Assembly: GCA_905331295.1 (NCBI GenBank)
Contig: CAJNYD010000548.1
Location: 1 to 64,000, forward strand
DNA from: Rotaria socialis
Taxonomy: Eukaryota
Reading direction: 5' to 3'
Length of the DNA: 64,000 nt
Position numbers and translations under genes: made by a program. Shown piece by piece: positions 51,248 through 64,000 of the stretch (positions are counted from its first letter, which is position 1; each line of letters begins with the position of its first letter). The notes under the pieces are model-generated. The model was not told the origin of the DNA. It did not search any database and saw only the letters and a program-made list of their open reading frames with translations.

Positions 51248-54179
51248 TTATATTTTTGCATCAATAGGAGTGATATTTTTGTAATCTTTGAATGCAAACG
51301 AAAGACATAATTGTCTATCGCGTATATCAGACCATCCACCATTTGGCTGTTTGAAGATGCGTTTGCCTTCATATTTAAGATGTACAGATAGGGATGTTTC
51401 TGGAAATAAATATTTTCGATTATCTCGATACAATTTATCTGTCTCTGTCCACCGAGCAATGTCAGATTCACTGGAGCAAAATTTTTTATGATGTGTACCA
51501 CTAAAAGGAAACAAATAAATCATCTACATCAGTCTTGTTCTTGATATGATCAACTGTTCTGTTTACCATGATCCAAGATGTATAACTCTTGTTGCACTCG
51601 AATACATAACTCGAGGAAATTGAAAGCGTTGCTGTGCTAAATAAACAAGTGACCAATCCCAATTGTAATCATCAATAGTACAGAATTCTTCAGCATATTT
51701 TACAAGTAAAGTCCATAATGAATGAGATATTGTCATACCAAGATTGTATCTTGCATGCCAATATGCAATTGATATCTAAGAGGATCTTCTTTTTGTTTTG
51801 GCTTGCATGAAAATAATATGTTTTATTCATACCTTAGAACTAAGTTTTCCAAATTGTCGGCCTGCTTTTTCAAGATTTCCTAGTGTATAAAATAAACATT
51901 CGGGACATAGTCTAGAGTAAAGAAAAAATTAAACTCAATGAAAATTCAAAGATTTCTATGAAACATACAGTTCTTTTGTAGTTTCCATTTTTTTCAGAAA
52001 GACAAGTGCATCAGGTGATAAATAAAAATCTTCTTCAAGTAGAAGTAATAAATAATCTGTACGATTTTGTAATATTTCAATTGAATTAAAAACAAAATTC
52101 AGCTAAAATAAATAAAACATCAATGAGTAAATTCAATTGAGATACACATGTCATTAGAACATTTTATGTTTATCATGTTTCAAAATACATCAAACTATCT
52201 AACTCATAATTATACAATAATAATTGATCAGAATTTCTAATTCATTATGAAAAACCAAATGTAATGGTATAAGAGAAAATAAATGTTTCTAAAGCATGCT
52301 TTTCTAAGCACATTTCATCTGGCATGATAAACTATTCATTCCAATCATTACTTATTCTCTACATTATGTACTCACTTGTATAAATCTTATTCAATCCTAC
52401 AATCAAAGAGAACATTTGCATAGATCAAATATACGTTTGTTTTTTGCTAATCAATATTTTCAAAAAACAAATACCAACGTTTCACTTACTTTCCACCACC
52501 AGTGATGCTTGATTTGTACAATCGATACTTCTCTGTAGTGTCCATATCTATCCGGATTCGGTGCATTATTACATCGACTAGCCAATGCTCTGAAAAATTT
52601 CGAAAAAAAAAATAAATCGAATCATTTCGATGGAGAGTCAATGGTTCTGTGCGATATATTAGAAGTACTAAGCTGTTTTAATTATATGAAAAAAAAGAAA
52701 CATTGACGAATTGCGAAAAGTTAATTGTATGTTACTAATAAAAATATTTATTTCAATTTTCAAATTAATTATTACCCATCTTTTTGATCAATAGTTATCA
52801 AGTGCTGTAAGAATTCTTCAATAAGATAAAAAAAAAAGAAAATAGTCTTAGAATTTCACTTACTTATGTCGGACTATGTCACGTGGACAATCGTTTGGAT
52901 CAAGACCTGGAAATTCACTTGGATAAAGTTGTTGTGAAAATGGATAAAAAATTTGAATCACCTAAACAACAGAAATATATATTAAAAATAAAATATTTTA
53001 AGGAGTCTGCTGAAAACTTGAAATATCCAAAAAGAGAAAAGAAAAGTGGCAATAAGGATTGATCTTTCGGAACTATAAATATTTTTCCAAGTTAGTCATA
53101 ATGTGGGATTTAATATTAAAATATATTTTGAATAAATCTCAGTAATCACTTATGATGGAAAAAATGACCTGAAAATGTCTCTAAACTTTGTAAAATGCAA
53201 TTATCTTACAAATTCATATCTGATTACATTAGAAATGTATTATTTCTTTTTACTATAACATATCTGAAGGTAATCACGAATCAGGGATCTATTGGAAACG
53301 TTGGCCATAATAGTTATATTCATTTAGATTAACATGAACCGTGCTAATTTCAGAGTCAGTGCAGTTGTTCCACGGCTATTTAAAAGAAAAGATGTTAGCT
53401 GTAGTGTCTAAATATATTTAGCAACTATTCTATGTAATCAAGTAGAAATTATCTTCTCTAGTGCTTAATTAATTCATGCTTTTGTTAATCAACAGACGAA
53501 GTTCAATGTATCAATCTTACTATTATCTGTCAGATAGGGAGCAAGCTTGCACTTGGTCATGTTTAAATGAACTTTCTTTTAGAATATTTTATGATAAATT
53601 CTCACGTCGCTAAAGCATTATGACAGAAAAGAAAATTGGTGTATCAGAGATAAATGTTTAAGAAAAAAAAAACTGTTTTACCGGAACAAATGTTATGCTT
53701 GTGATAAGTGAATTTATGTTGGAATCGATAAAATCATGACTAAATATAACTAAAGATTCATTTATTGTTTCAACTACTTGTAACATTTCAATGAATTTTT
53801 TAAAATAAACAACACGTGTATGTACTTGTACAAGTAGAATGTAGCGTGTTGTTTTCGATAAAAATAAATTACTATTATACATAAATTGTTCATGATTTTT
53901 TCTTTTAACATATTCTCGATAATACTCGATCGTTGTAAGATTATTAGCTATTGTCGAATTTAATGATTCGATTTCATTTTTTGCCGACGATAAAGAGATA
54001 TTCGAAAATTTTTTAGTTTTTTCTTTGATATCAAACAGTAAAGACGATGAACTACTATCAATAGTCCTGTGTTGCAAATCATAGTAAAATATCGATGCTA
54101 TTTTAAACATGGTTATTATAATAATCCAAAAAATAATTGAACGAGAAACAGCACAACGGTAACGAAGACAATGATACAT
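51248..54179 (-). CDS. MGAT2: Alpha-1,6-mannosyl-glycoprotein 2-beta-N-acetylglucosaminyltransferase (GnT-II)
   Basis: Type II membrane anchor; LVQVHTR, IFSHD, QIFYPFSQQLYPSEFPGLDPNDCPRD, PDRYGHYRE..QIKHHWWWK, LLEEDFY, FCTIDDYNWDWSL, NGGWSDIRD. Confidence 0.95.
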
Positions 54180-57100
54180 GATTCTTTAAAACCGGTATAC
54201 TAGTCAAGTACAAAATAGTAAAATGAATTTATAAAAATTAACTAAATCGTTCGTTTCTTACCTGGAATATAATTGTTAGAAGTAATCAAAGAAACAAACG
54301 TCACCGACGTTATATTTCTTCTATATTAATCATTTTCATTAATGCAATCAGTATGCCCATGTATTAGACGACGAGATATGCATTACAAATAAACATTTCA
54401 CTAGATATTATTAGACAAATGCTTTTATTCAAGGAGTAATAAATATTATATAAATTGAACGGAAACAAAAATCTCTATTGTTATAAAAAGAAAAAGAATC
54501 AACATTATAGTTTAGAATTCAAATCGATCTCATTGATTCACAACAAGTGAAAAAAATTCAAAGTTTAATTATCCTATTCGTCTTTATCGAAAATTTGAAA
54601 AAACCCTCAAGATTCACTTATTTAAGAAAGTATCAGTCTTCGTCCATACTTATCAGTCAACAATGCTCATAGTTTTCTATATTTCTGAATGATATTGAAA
54701 GAAAATAATATAACATAAGCAAAAATCTACAAGAATAATAATTCATTAATGATGTTTGTGAAGACCTATTCTATTTTCATCATAATTATGAATAATGACT
54801 GGTATTTTACTGTCTTCGACATACCAATGTTGGAGTATTAGAAGTACAAGGTTCAAACTAGCTTACGCGCGCAAAACAAGAGATGAAAACGGGTCAATCA
54901 TTAGGGCTCGAAAGAAAAACAAGAAATTTAATCAAACATCAATGATTCTACTCTTGTTTTAGCTATTTATAATCAAGAAAAAAATGTATTCTTCGATTAA
55001 CTAGTGAAACGACAGTTACAGTCAATTTATTAATACTCATACGAAAAGTAATCAATCATGCATATAGAATGACATAGAGTGTGATATTTCCTGAAGGAAT
55101 ATGTAAGGCACTACTATTAACTATTCATCAATGTCCTTCTAAAATCTGATCTCATCTAGTGTAAGAAATGAGCAAAAGTAAATTTTTTCTTCTAAAACAA
55201 ATATCAGTCAACGTGCCATTCTATACTTATAACTGAGCAGCGGCAATATATGTACTACTAATTCTAGTAATTCAAATCAATTTTCGTACAAAACAGATTC
55301 ATCCAGTTTTATCTATTTTATATCTCTCTCTCTCTCTCGTGTTGCAATGAATCAACGGATTCGTCAAACATTTTTCAATAATGAAAAGGTCAACGATTCA
55401 ACGAAGATGTCACTAGACAATGAGACTAATCGCAAGTAGCATGTCATAGTATTTTCAAATTATTCAGAGCTACAGTCAGTTTTTTTGTCTCCTTTATTGA
55501 TAGCTAGTAATATAAAACTGTTAAACCCTAGTGAATCGATTGCAAGATCAGTAAATGTCACGATCATATAATAAGAGTTAAAAATGACTTTTAGTCTTCT
55601 AGACATACGTATCTCTAAGTCGATACATTTACTCACATAGCGGAATCCGATTCATATTGTAAAACACTTTTCAATGCTGATTTTCATAGATTATCTATCG
55701 TTTAATATTACTTACCAATGAATAGAAAATATCGTTAAAATATAAACTATATTCTATCTCTATGCGCCGACGAAACCTATCTCAGAAATGTGCATCAGTA
55801 AAATTGTACACTTCATGCACTAAACATATGCCATAGTATATTCATTCTATTCTACGTATATTCATTAAAGATACTATACATAGTAACAAATACTGAGAAA
55901 TCAGTTATTATATTATTATGATAACAAATTCTTTCATAAATTCATGACAACTTTGTTTTGTATTACATAGTAAGTTTACTATGATAATACGATTCAATCG
56001 AAGAGTCAAATACTCATTTATTGTTGAAATGTGTTTCATTTACGGAAAAAAATGACTTCTACAATATAATTTTTGAAAAGATAATTGCAGAAATATAAAG
56101 CATTAAAATTCTTGATTGATTGATACAGAGAAAAAATTGCCCTTATGCAATCAGATATTGTTTGTCAAATTAGATCGACGTGTTCGTTATTGACTACAAT
56201 TCCACCTGAATGAATTTATCAAGATATGAAATTTCTCAAAATCACCTTTTTAAGAATCACACGAAAATTTATATGAAATTCGATTCAAAGATTTTTACGG
56301 TAAAATTTGATGAAAAAGTTTTTTACTAATAATGTCGTTTCGTTGAATATTCATATTATGAGCGATATTGATTAATTATACTTAGAGAATCAAGTTACTT
56401 AACGAACTTTTCATTATAAAGCAGAGTTTTTTTCTTAATGAATTAATCAAAAACCTCTTTGAATTATAGATGAAAGTTTACGTAGCATGCTATTTAAGGA
56501 ACTAATAGATTTTGATTTGATTGTAGGCGTAAATCAACAATTCTCGTGGGAATTGTATTTTGTTTTTCGGTGCTAATCATTATCGTTATACTTATACCAA
56601 CATTCGATTGAAATTAGAATCTATTTTAAGTTAGAAATATTTTTCAAGAAGAATTCACTAGATGAATGTATGTAATTTTGCTCATGTGAAAAATTTCGAT
56701 TAACATTAAACTAACAGATTAGCTGTCTTTAATAAATAGATTATTCAATGAATAGCTTAAAATACTCGTGCTAATCATCCAATGGATATTATTTGACTGA
56801 AAATGTTTAATGAATTAATTATGAGCGTTGAAATATTATTTTCTTCTTCTCAACCAATTAGTTCAAATTGATGTTTGTCTCATCGATAAATAGTTTTCCG
56901 TGGTAATTTTAATAGTGTAAATGCCAAGAGATGAAGTATACAGCTATCTTTCCGCACGAGTTGAGCTATGAAGAATATAGAAACGGGTTAATCAACTAGC
57001 TGTCAAAAATGATTTATTGTTTCCATTTTTGTTTCCAAAGAAAACGTAACAACTCGATTTTCTTTCGTATATTTTGCCAACATCACGATATACCCGTATA

Positions 57101-57666
57101 TTCACGTGGAATAAATCTTGTCCATCAATATCAATTAAGTATGAATTTTGTTCTTTTTTAAACTTTTTCTGCTGTTTTAGTATATTTGGAAAAGATCTAT
57201 ATTTTTTGCTAGAGAATACTAATAAAATCTAAAATATTGATGTTGAATTATCGTTTCTTTTTAAATATGGATAATTTATGTTTTACTTTACAACATTTAT
57301 GATAATGTCCATATTTATCAGTATAACATATGTTGATGAGGTGTCTGAAATTTCTGTCAACATGCATATTGATATACTCTACACTTGGTATGTCTATTAG
57401 AGAATTCTTGTTTGTGAGACATTATGTTCTTCTGTGATAGTATATAAGATGTCTGTGATCTTATCGTGAACAAGAAAAAAGTCGGATGAAACTAGAGAAG
57501 AATCTCATTTATTGACTTTTCTTTCTTTTCTTTTCTATTCTATCATTTTTTTTCTTACACTGCCTTAATCGTCTTTCACTATATAAACCATCAATCAGTG
57601 TTGTAGCGAAATAAACAAATGATGGATTAGTATTGATTTAGTGTAAAAAGAGAAAATAAATTGACG

Positions 57667-60600
57667 ATGAATCTACGACATCTTATTGCAGCAAATCCGG
57701 GAGCTTCCTTCTCTATCGTTGCCCACGAAGCATTAGATCATATTGTTGCTGATGGCGAAAACGATGATTGTATCAGTCAAGAACATGGATATGTTTCACA
57801 TCAACGCTCTCGACGTCGATTAAGAGTGAGTTTTTGTTTATTTTTAGAGATATTACTATTGTAATGATACGTATATATTTAACAGTTCGTGACATGTTAG
57901 TATCATTCAATTGATTGTTATCGGAAAAAACATAGGTATCATATTTGATTTCATCATGTTGATTGATCTGATTTATTATAAAAAAGAAAAGAAAAGAAAA
58001 GAAAAAGTGAATTTATTTGATTGAACTTTTAAAGAGAAAGTATAATATTGAAAGTACATTGATTCTTTCACTAGCAAGAAGATATTATGAGATGTTCTTG
58101 ATAACAATTAGTTATTAATGATAGACATTTCTTTTTTTTGCTAAAATAGAAAATGAGAGCGAATATCTTGTTGTAATATGCGCACATTTCTTTTCCATTA
58201 TTATGGATGTGTACTGTCTGTTCCAGAGTAATAAAGTCAAGGACATGGCAATAAATGGTTGCGTATCTACCAGTACGCGACTTATTGTAGGAAAAGATTG
58301 CCTGCGTCATAGAACAATCAGGCAGCTTACATTAGCAGGCCAGAAAAAAGAAGACCTTCTTATTCCAAAATTGCAACTGTATGAGTATAGTACAATAGTA
58401 TTGTCTATGCACAGCCCTAATGGGTTTTATGTGCTGAGACAAAATACTTATGTAAAACAAAAGAAATCGAACGATGTAAAGAATAAATAGACGCAAAAAA
58501 GCATTAGAAATGCCATCTGGATCTGGTTGAAGGAAAATAGAACAGCTAAAGCAAATCTCGAAGAGCGTATGATATCATCATTAGTAGACGCGTTTGACTG
58601 TGAAATGAATATCAGCACGATTCAGCTTGCTAAAAAGCAAACCAGCTGCGTGCCAATGCGCGACACGCAGGTAATTTATTCTTCTGGAATTCTTTCATTC
58701 TTATTTATGTACTCATACCAATCTCATTCTGTGCCATGTTTCTGTACGCGATAATTATCCAAAAAAGAATATAGACGCCAAAAACAAACACAACTACCGA
58801 CAGTCATCATATGTGTTATGCGCACTAGTAAACGCCATTAGCACTTTTGTTTTTTTGTCAGTTTGCCTGTGTCTTTATCATATATACATTTGTACACAGT
58901 TGAGAAAAAAATTGAGTGACGAACTTTTCAATGATGGAAAATCAATCATCAACGCTAAAACGACCAACAAAAGTGATAGAAATAAAATAATTAGCAAGAA
59001 CATGTTTAGTTTTTAAATGTTTGTATTTTTTTTTCTATTATATTCTAGCGAGACTTCAATGCATTACCAGAAAAGGTTTTACTTGCTGTGTTTTCCTATT
59101 TACCGCACGCTGAATTATTGCGTTGTGCACGCGTTTGTCGTTTATGGCGTGCCTTAAGTCAAAATTCAAAATTATGGAAAACTGTTTTTCTTCGGCCAGA
59201 TCATCATGGTTTACATATTAAAAATCTCGATCAATTTCTTAGTTTAATTGGTCATCGTTTTTCATTATCATTACAATATATTGAATTACCTATGGAATTA
59301 ATAACAGCTGATGTTTTACATGAATTAGCTAATAAATGTCCGAATTTAAAATATTTAACACTGGACTTTTCAACAGCTATGCAGTTACATGATTTCAATG
59401 ATTTAAATGCATTTCCATGCAATCTTAAAATGCTCTGTATTTGTTTGTCTGAAGTTATATTTCTGGAAGGATTTATGAGACGTATTTATGCATATCTATC
59501 ATCATTAGAAACTTTACAAATCATTGGTATGTTACATAAATGATGTCAAGAAGATTATTTTTAACGGTAGAATTTGATTTTTTCTTCTTCTTCTTAAGGT
59601 ACAATTGAAAAATCAAGTGAAGCTGAAGAAGAAGTCTATGAAACAATTAATATTAGTAAAATTAAAGCACAAACACCTAATCTTCGAGTGAGACGCTTTT
59701 AATTTCTAATTTCTAATTTCTAATTTCTAATTTTGATTTATAGGTTATCAATTTATATGGTATATTTTTTGTTGATGATAATCATATAGAAATATTAGCA
59801 TCGGGTTGTATTCATCTTGAGTGTCTTGCATTGAATTTTTGTACACGTGTCAAAGGTATGAGTTTCAAAATTTTATTGCAACGTTGTAAAAAGTTACAAA
59901 CTCTTCTTCTTCAAAATACTGGTATGAATATAGAAATGAATAGCATTCGAAATATTTTATTATATTATTATTTTTTATTCTAAATAAACAGGTATCGAAG
60001 ATAATGCAATGTTAACAGCTGGCTGGGAGTCGTCTTCTATTAATGAACTTGATATATCATCGACGGAACTAACTGAAGATAGTTTTTTAAATATATTTGC
60101 ACGCATGCCAAAATTAACTTATTTAGCGGTACCGAATTGTGACGGTTTTACTGATCACGTAGATACATAGTATTCTACTTTGTTTTTTGTTACTACATTC
60201 TTTTTTCATTTGATTATTCAAGGTTCTTAACCAATTAATCGATCAAGGTAAACTATCGAATATGCGTGCTATTGATTTAAGTAATACCGTTAATTTGACT
60301 TTTGAAACGGTGTTCATTTTTCTTAAACGTCATGGTCGACAATTACGTGGTTTATCATTTGCTGGTAATCCAAAAATAACAGAGCAATTTTGGATAAATG
60401 CAATAAAAAGTTTGAAAAATATAAGGTATTTTGTTTTTTGATTCTCAAAATAGTCTTCGTTAATTGATATTTGTAAATCAATGAAAATAAGCGATAACAT
60501 ATTTAATACTGATGCATATCGAATATAGTAAACACTTGAAAAAAATCATAGAAGGTCAATCATATGTTTACTGTTTACCATATTTGAAATGATCGTAAAG

Positions 60601-62035
60601 TTGAAATATTATCGTTCATTGATTTTGAGAAAAAGCTTCAATCTATAGTAAGAAAAATGTGGAAACTTCGGATTTCATCCGAAAGTTATGTGTACTGCAA
60701 AAAGTGCATGGGACATATGAGTCATTCTAGAATGTCTGAACACCAAAATTATCATGAGAAACTAGGCAATTTGATTTTTGGATGCAGTTTTTGTGCATTT
60801 TGAGACGTTTTTCAGGCGATGTTTCATCAGAAAGCTACGGTTCAGCTCAAAACTAATATCAGATTCGGAATCAGCGTTAAAAATTGAGTCGATTTATATA
60901 TGTTGTGAATAATTCTGAGAAAGATTTATTTTTTGAAAAAACAATTCCCTTTACTCCTCCTCAGTCAGGGATGGCCTGGTCAAAAATGACAATTTTTTCG
61001 ATAACTCAACCATTTCTTGACGGATTCTTCTCATTTTTGAACTCGACCGAGATATTCATGAGATTGAACTGTGTGGAAAATTTCATCACGGTCTGACTCT
61101 CCTTTCGCAAGTTATCGTGCCTACGGCCGGACGGCCGGACGGACACACTGACCGATTCTAGAGTGTACTCACTTTTTGAGTACACAATAAAATTATACGA
61201 ACGTGTACTCATTTGTGACATGCAATCATTTTTTATTTTGTTTAAATGCGACAAAAGTTATGTAGTTGTTAATTGAACAGAAAATGTGCTTATATGAAAG
61301 AACAAGATTTATGGATAAGATAAAATCTGTATGCTTAGTGTTCGAAAACCGCTCAAGCTTCACTTGATAGTACCATAATTATCGAACACTGTTTTGAAAG
61401 TTTTGATTGATTTAAAACATAAATTTATCAAGTTCGTGATGAAATCAACTCCTATAAGGACAGCTCTTTACAGTATTTGTATATGTTCAATCGAAATCTA
61501 CGGATAATCATCTAATTGATACTCTTACATTGCATAATTTACACGAATTTTTCCAAATATAAAAAATAAAACAAGAAATCCACATTAGTTTATACCGTCT
61601 TTCTCTATCTATCTTAAGAATATTGGTAACTGGCACTCCTCACGGCTGGTTTAAAAAGATAAACACACGTATTCATGTTGATCAAATCTTAGAAGCATGT
61701 GCACTCGAATGTCAAAAACTTGAAAGATTAGAAATTCAATGGGATGAAGAAACATTAAGATGGAACGAAAACAGTTCAAAGTTTATTGATCACATTCGGT
61801 ACAATCATATTCACATATCAGCTGTTATTTTTTATATTAATTTCTTATGAATTTTCTTTTTAGAATTCGTTGTACAAAGCTTCAATCATTAGTATTGGCT
61901 GATGGTGAATATTATGAACTAGTTCGATCGAATTTTGAGCGAGCGGATCGTCAGCGAGTTGTTCGTACAACAACAACTGACCAAACTAGCATTGTTAGTC
62001 TACTCAATTATTATAATGAGTTACGTTTTAACTAA
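57667..62035 (+). CDS. F-box/leucine-rich repeat protein
   Basis: F-box FNALPEKVLLAVFSYLPHAELLRCARVCRLWR followed by LRRs (CPNLKYLTLD, TPNLRVINLYG, CKKLQTLLLQ, CQKLERLEI, CTKLQSLVL); about 8 exons. Confidence 0.9.
60655..61188 (-). mobile_element. Helentron-associated (HINE-like) element, copy 2 (in F-box gene intron)
   Basis: Reverse-complement homolog of 16914-17834 with the same 5' stem-loop, GTCCG repeats, sub-TIR and 3' palindrome AACTTCGGATTTCATCCGAAAGTT. Confidence 0.75.
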
Positions 62036-62967
62036 GGTGAAAATATGCGTGTGCGTCCATGCAATAACAGTGTGCTTTTTTGCTTCGTTTTCTTTTCTTT
62101 TCTTTTTCACGGTCAACCTATTTAATAAAAAAAAAACTCAGCTCCTATTTTAGAATGTATCGGCCTTGCACAATATCGATGATAGGGTATAGCCTTCATT
62201 GGAAAGATGAAATTAACGACCTCGCAAAAATTAGTAACACATTTTCTGTATCAGATTTGAAAAAAATAAGTATATGATTGTATGAAAAGGCCCAAGAATC
62301 TAAGAGAAAAAAACGAAGGTCAATAAAACCAATTACCTGTCCAAGGTCTAAACTGCGTTACAGTTAATCTACCGAAATATATTAATGAAAAACATTGAGA
62401 ATTGCTTTTTTGTTTTGGCATATAAATTATGACTTTTACTGCTTATGAAATTTCAATAAATAAACTTCAATTTCAGAGATGCTATATTATTATGCTACTT
62501 ATTATCGATTAAAATAACATTGATATCGAAATAAACATAATGCAGTGTAAGATCGACGAGCCGGGATTGTGATTCTCAGAGCGTTTCAAAATAGATACGA
62601 TCACTTCATATTTTACTTGCACTTGTCTCTACTTGTCCTTCGATGATTGCATGTAAACTATGTTTACCTGTTTCACACACAAGGTGACGACAACGGCCAC
62701 AAGCATCATGTCAATCTGTTTTTGAAATGATAATAAAAATTGAAGGCCTATGATTGAGTAATCATATTGAAGCGCTAAATTCTCCTTTTCCCGTCGAATC
62801 ATTCATTTTTTCTGCGTCTCGTTTTTTCTCTTCCATCAAATCATCATTGTTAAATGTACAAAAGACATCCATTCCATACGTGTTCGCAAGGCGCTCGAGC
62901 GAAAATATTCTATCATTTTTCTCTTCCCCCGCTGTTTCATCTCTATCCATGCATGATCAACAAGGAC

Positions 62968-62976
62968 TATATAAAC
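62968..62976 (+). promoter_or_regulatory. Putative TATA box
   Basis: CTATATAAA about 80-90 bp upstream of the ATG at 63057. Confidence 0.45.
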
Positions 62977-63056
62977 ACTGATCCATTGCCAGATTCTCTT
63001 CACTTCTTACTTTCACTTGTAAGCAATCTACTCTCATCCACAGTACAAAAGTAACG

Positions 63057-64000
63057 ATGGCTGGCTATTCATTTCAATCATCTTCTTCATCGGGAGGCGG
63101 TGCTGATAGCGCATTCCAACAAGCTGATGCAAACGGTGATGGGCGTGTCGATATCAATGAATTCCGTAACTTTCTTGGTAAGATATATTTATTGAATTCT
63201 TATTTGTGTATTAGCTAATGATAATAACTTCTATTTGTAGGTCAAAACCTCAGTGGTGGTGGCGGTGCAAGTGCAGGTGCCGGTTCGTCATACGAATCAT
63301 CAGCCTCATTTGGTTCTGGTGGTGGTGGTGGTGGTTTCGGTGCAAGTGCTGGTTCGTCATACGAATCATCAGCCTCATTTGGTGCTGGTGCCGGTGCAGG
63401 CTTTGGTGCTGATGCAGGTGCAGGTTTTGGTGCTGGAGGTTCAAGCTTCGAATCATCATCATCTGGTGGTGGTTTTGGTGCCGCTGGTGGTGCAAGTAGC
63501 TACGAATCATCTTCAAGCAGTGCTGGATTCTCTGGTGAAGCTGGAGCCGCTTTCGGATCATCAGGATCATCAGGCGTTGCTGTAACCCAATATGCTACTG
63601 ATGCTCAAGGACTCTTCAAAGATCCTAACCCACAAATCATCCGTCGTGCAGCTGTTGGTGGTGTACAAACATACACACAAAACATCAAAGTTCGATTCCT
63701 TCAACCACCACCAATACCACCACCAGGCGTAAGCGATCTTTCTATCGTTCATCATCATCTGAATCATAAATCTGACTTTTTCTTTTCATCTAACTTCTAG
63801 CCACTCATCATCAAGGAAGTACGTCCACCTCAACCACCTCCACCACCACCACTTCGTATTCGTCAACAAGCTCCACCTCTTCCAACACCACCACCTCTTG
63901 TTCTTCGTGAAAGACCACCTCAGCCACCAGCACCAGTTGGTTCTCAAACAGTCATCCGTCGTTTAGGTGCTTTACCAGTTCCACCACGATCGGTCATCAT
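63057..64000 (+). CDS. EF-hand plus Gly/Ser-rich plus Pro/Ile/Val-rich protein (runs past the window end)
   Basis: MAGYSFQSSSS..AFQQADANGDGRVDINEFRNFL (canonical EF loop); intron; GAGAGSSYESSASFG repeats; DPNPQIIRR..QNIKVRFLQPPPIPPPG; intron; PLIIKEVRPPQPPPPPPLRIRQ..LVLRERPP..PVPPRSVI. Confidence 0.88.

Noticed and set aside
60790..60835. Minus-strand CTGATGA...GAAA as a hammerhead ribozyme
   Set aside because: Stem III cannot form, and the motif is not conserved in the homologous element copy near 17260.
63218..63767. His/Gln-rich and Val-rich ORFs listed in the track
   Set aside because: Alternate-frame or antisense shadows of the Gly/Ser-rich exon.
1..64000. Horizontally acquired bacterial or fungal genes, which are common in bdelloids
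   Set aside because: All recognisable genes are intron-containing, metazoan-type families; no foreign gene could be supported without a database search.

Overview
AT-rich eukaryotic genomic DNA with many ~45-65-nt GT-AG introns. Gene content, intron size and repeat types suggest a bdelloid rotifer (inference). Spliced genes read from the sequence, in order: a voltage-gated Na+ channel alpha subunit that is intact to the domain III pore helix and then stops, with a scaffold gap 2 kb downstream; an orexin/allatotropin-type GPCR with one 1-bp frameshift; a TBATA/SPATIAL-like gene; PRRC1; a dual-specificity phosphatase pseudogene; a WASP-family gene; an uncharacterised gene; eIF2B-alpha; an orphan gene; ETHE1; ADI1; MGAT2; an F-box/LRR gene; and the start of an EF-hand/Gly-Ser/Pro-rich gene. 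Introns and intergenic DNA hold many non-autonomous DNA elements (CMC/EnSpm-like, Helentron-associated-like, MULE remnant, 8-bp-TSD MITE, foldback). The most intriguing non-coding items are a tRNA-derived module with a GGA anticodon enclosed by inverted repeats, a tandem pair of decayed minimal hammerhead-ribozyme-like motifs in a channel intron, and a head-to-head TGTGGG/CCCACA telomere-like hairpin. No complete novel multi-gene system can be demonstrated from the sequence alone. Exon boundaries were read by eye and may be off by a few bases.
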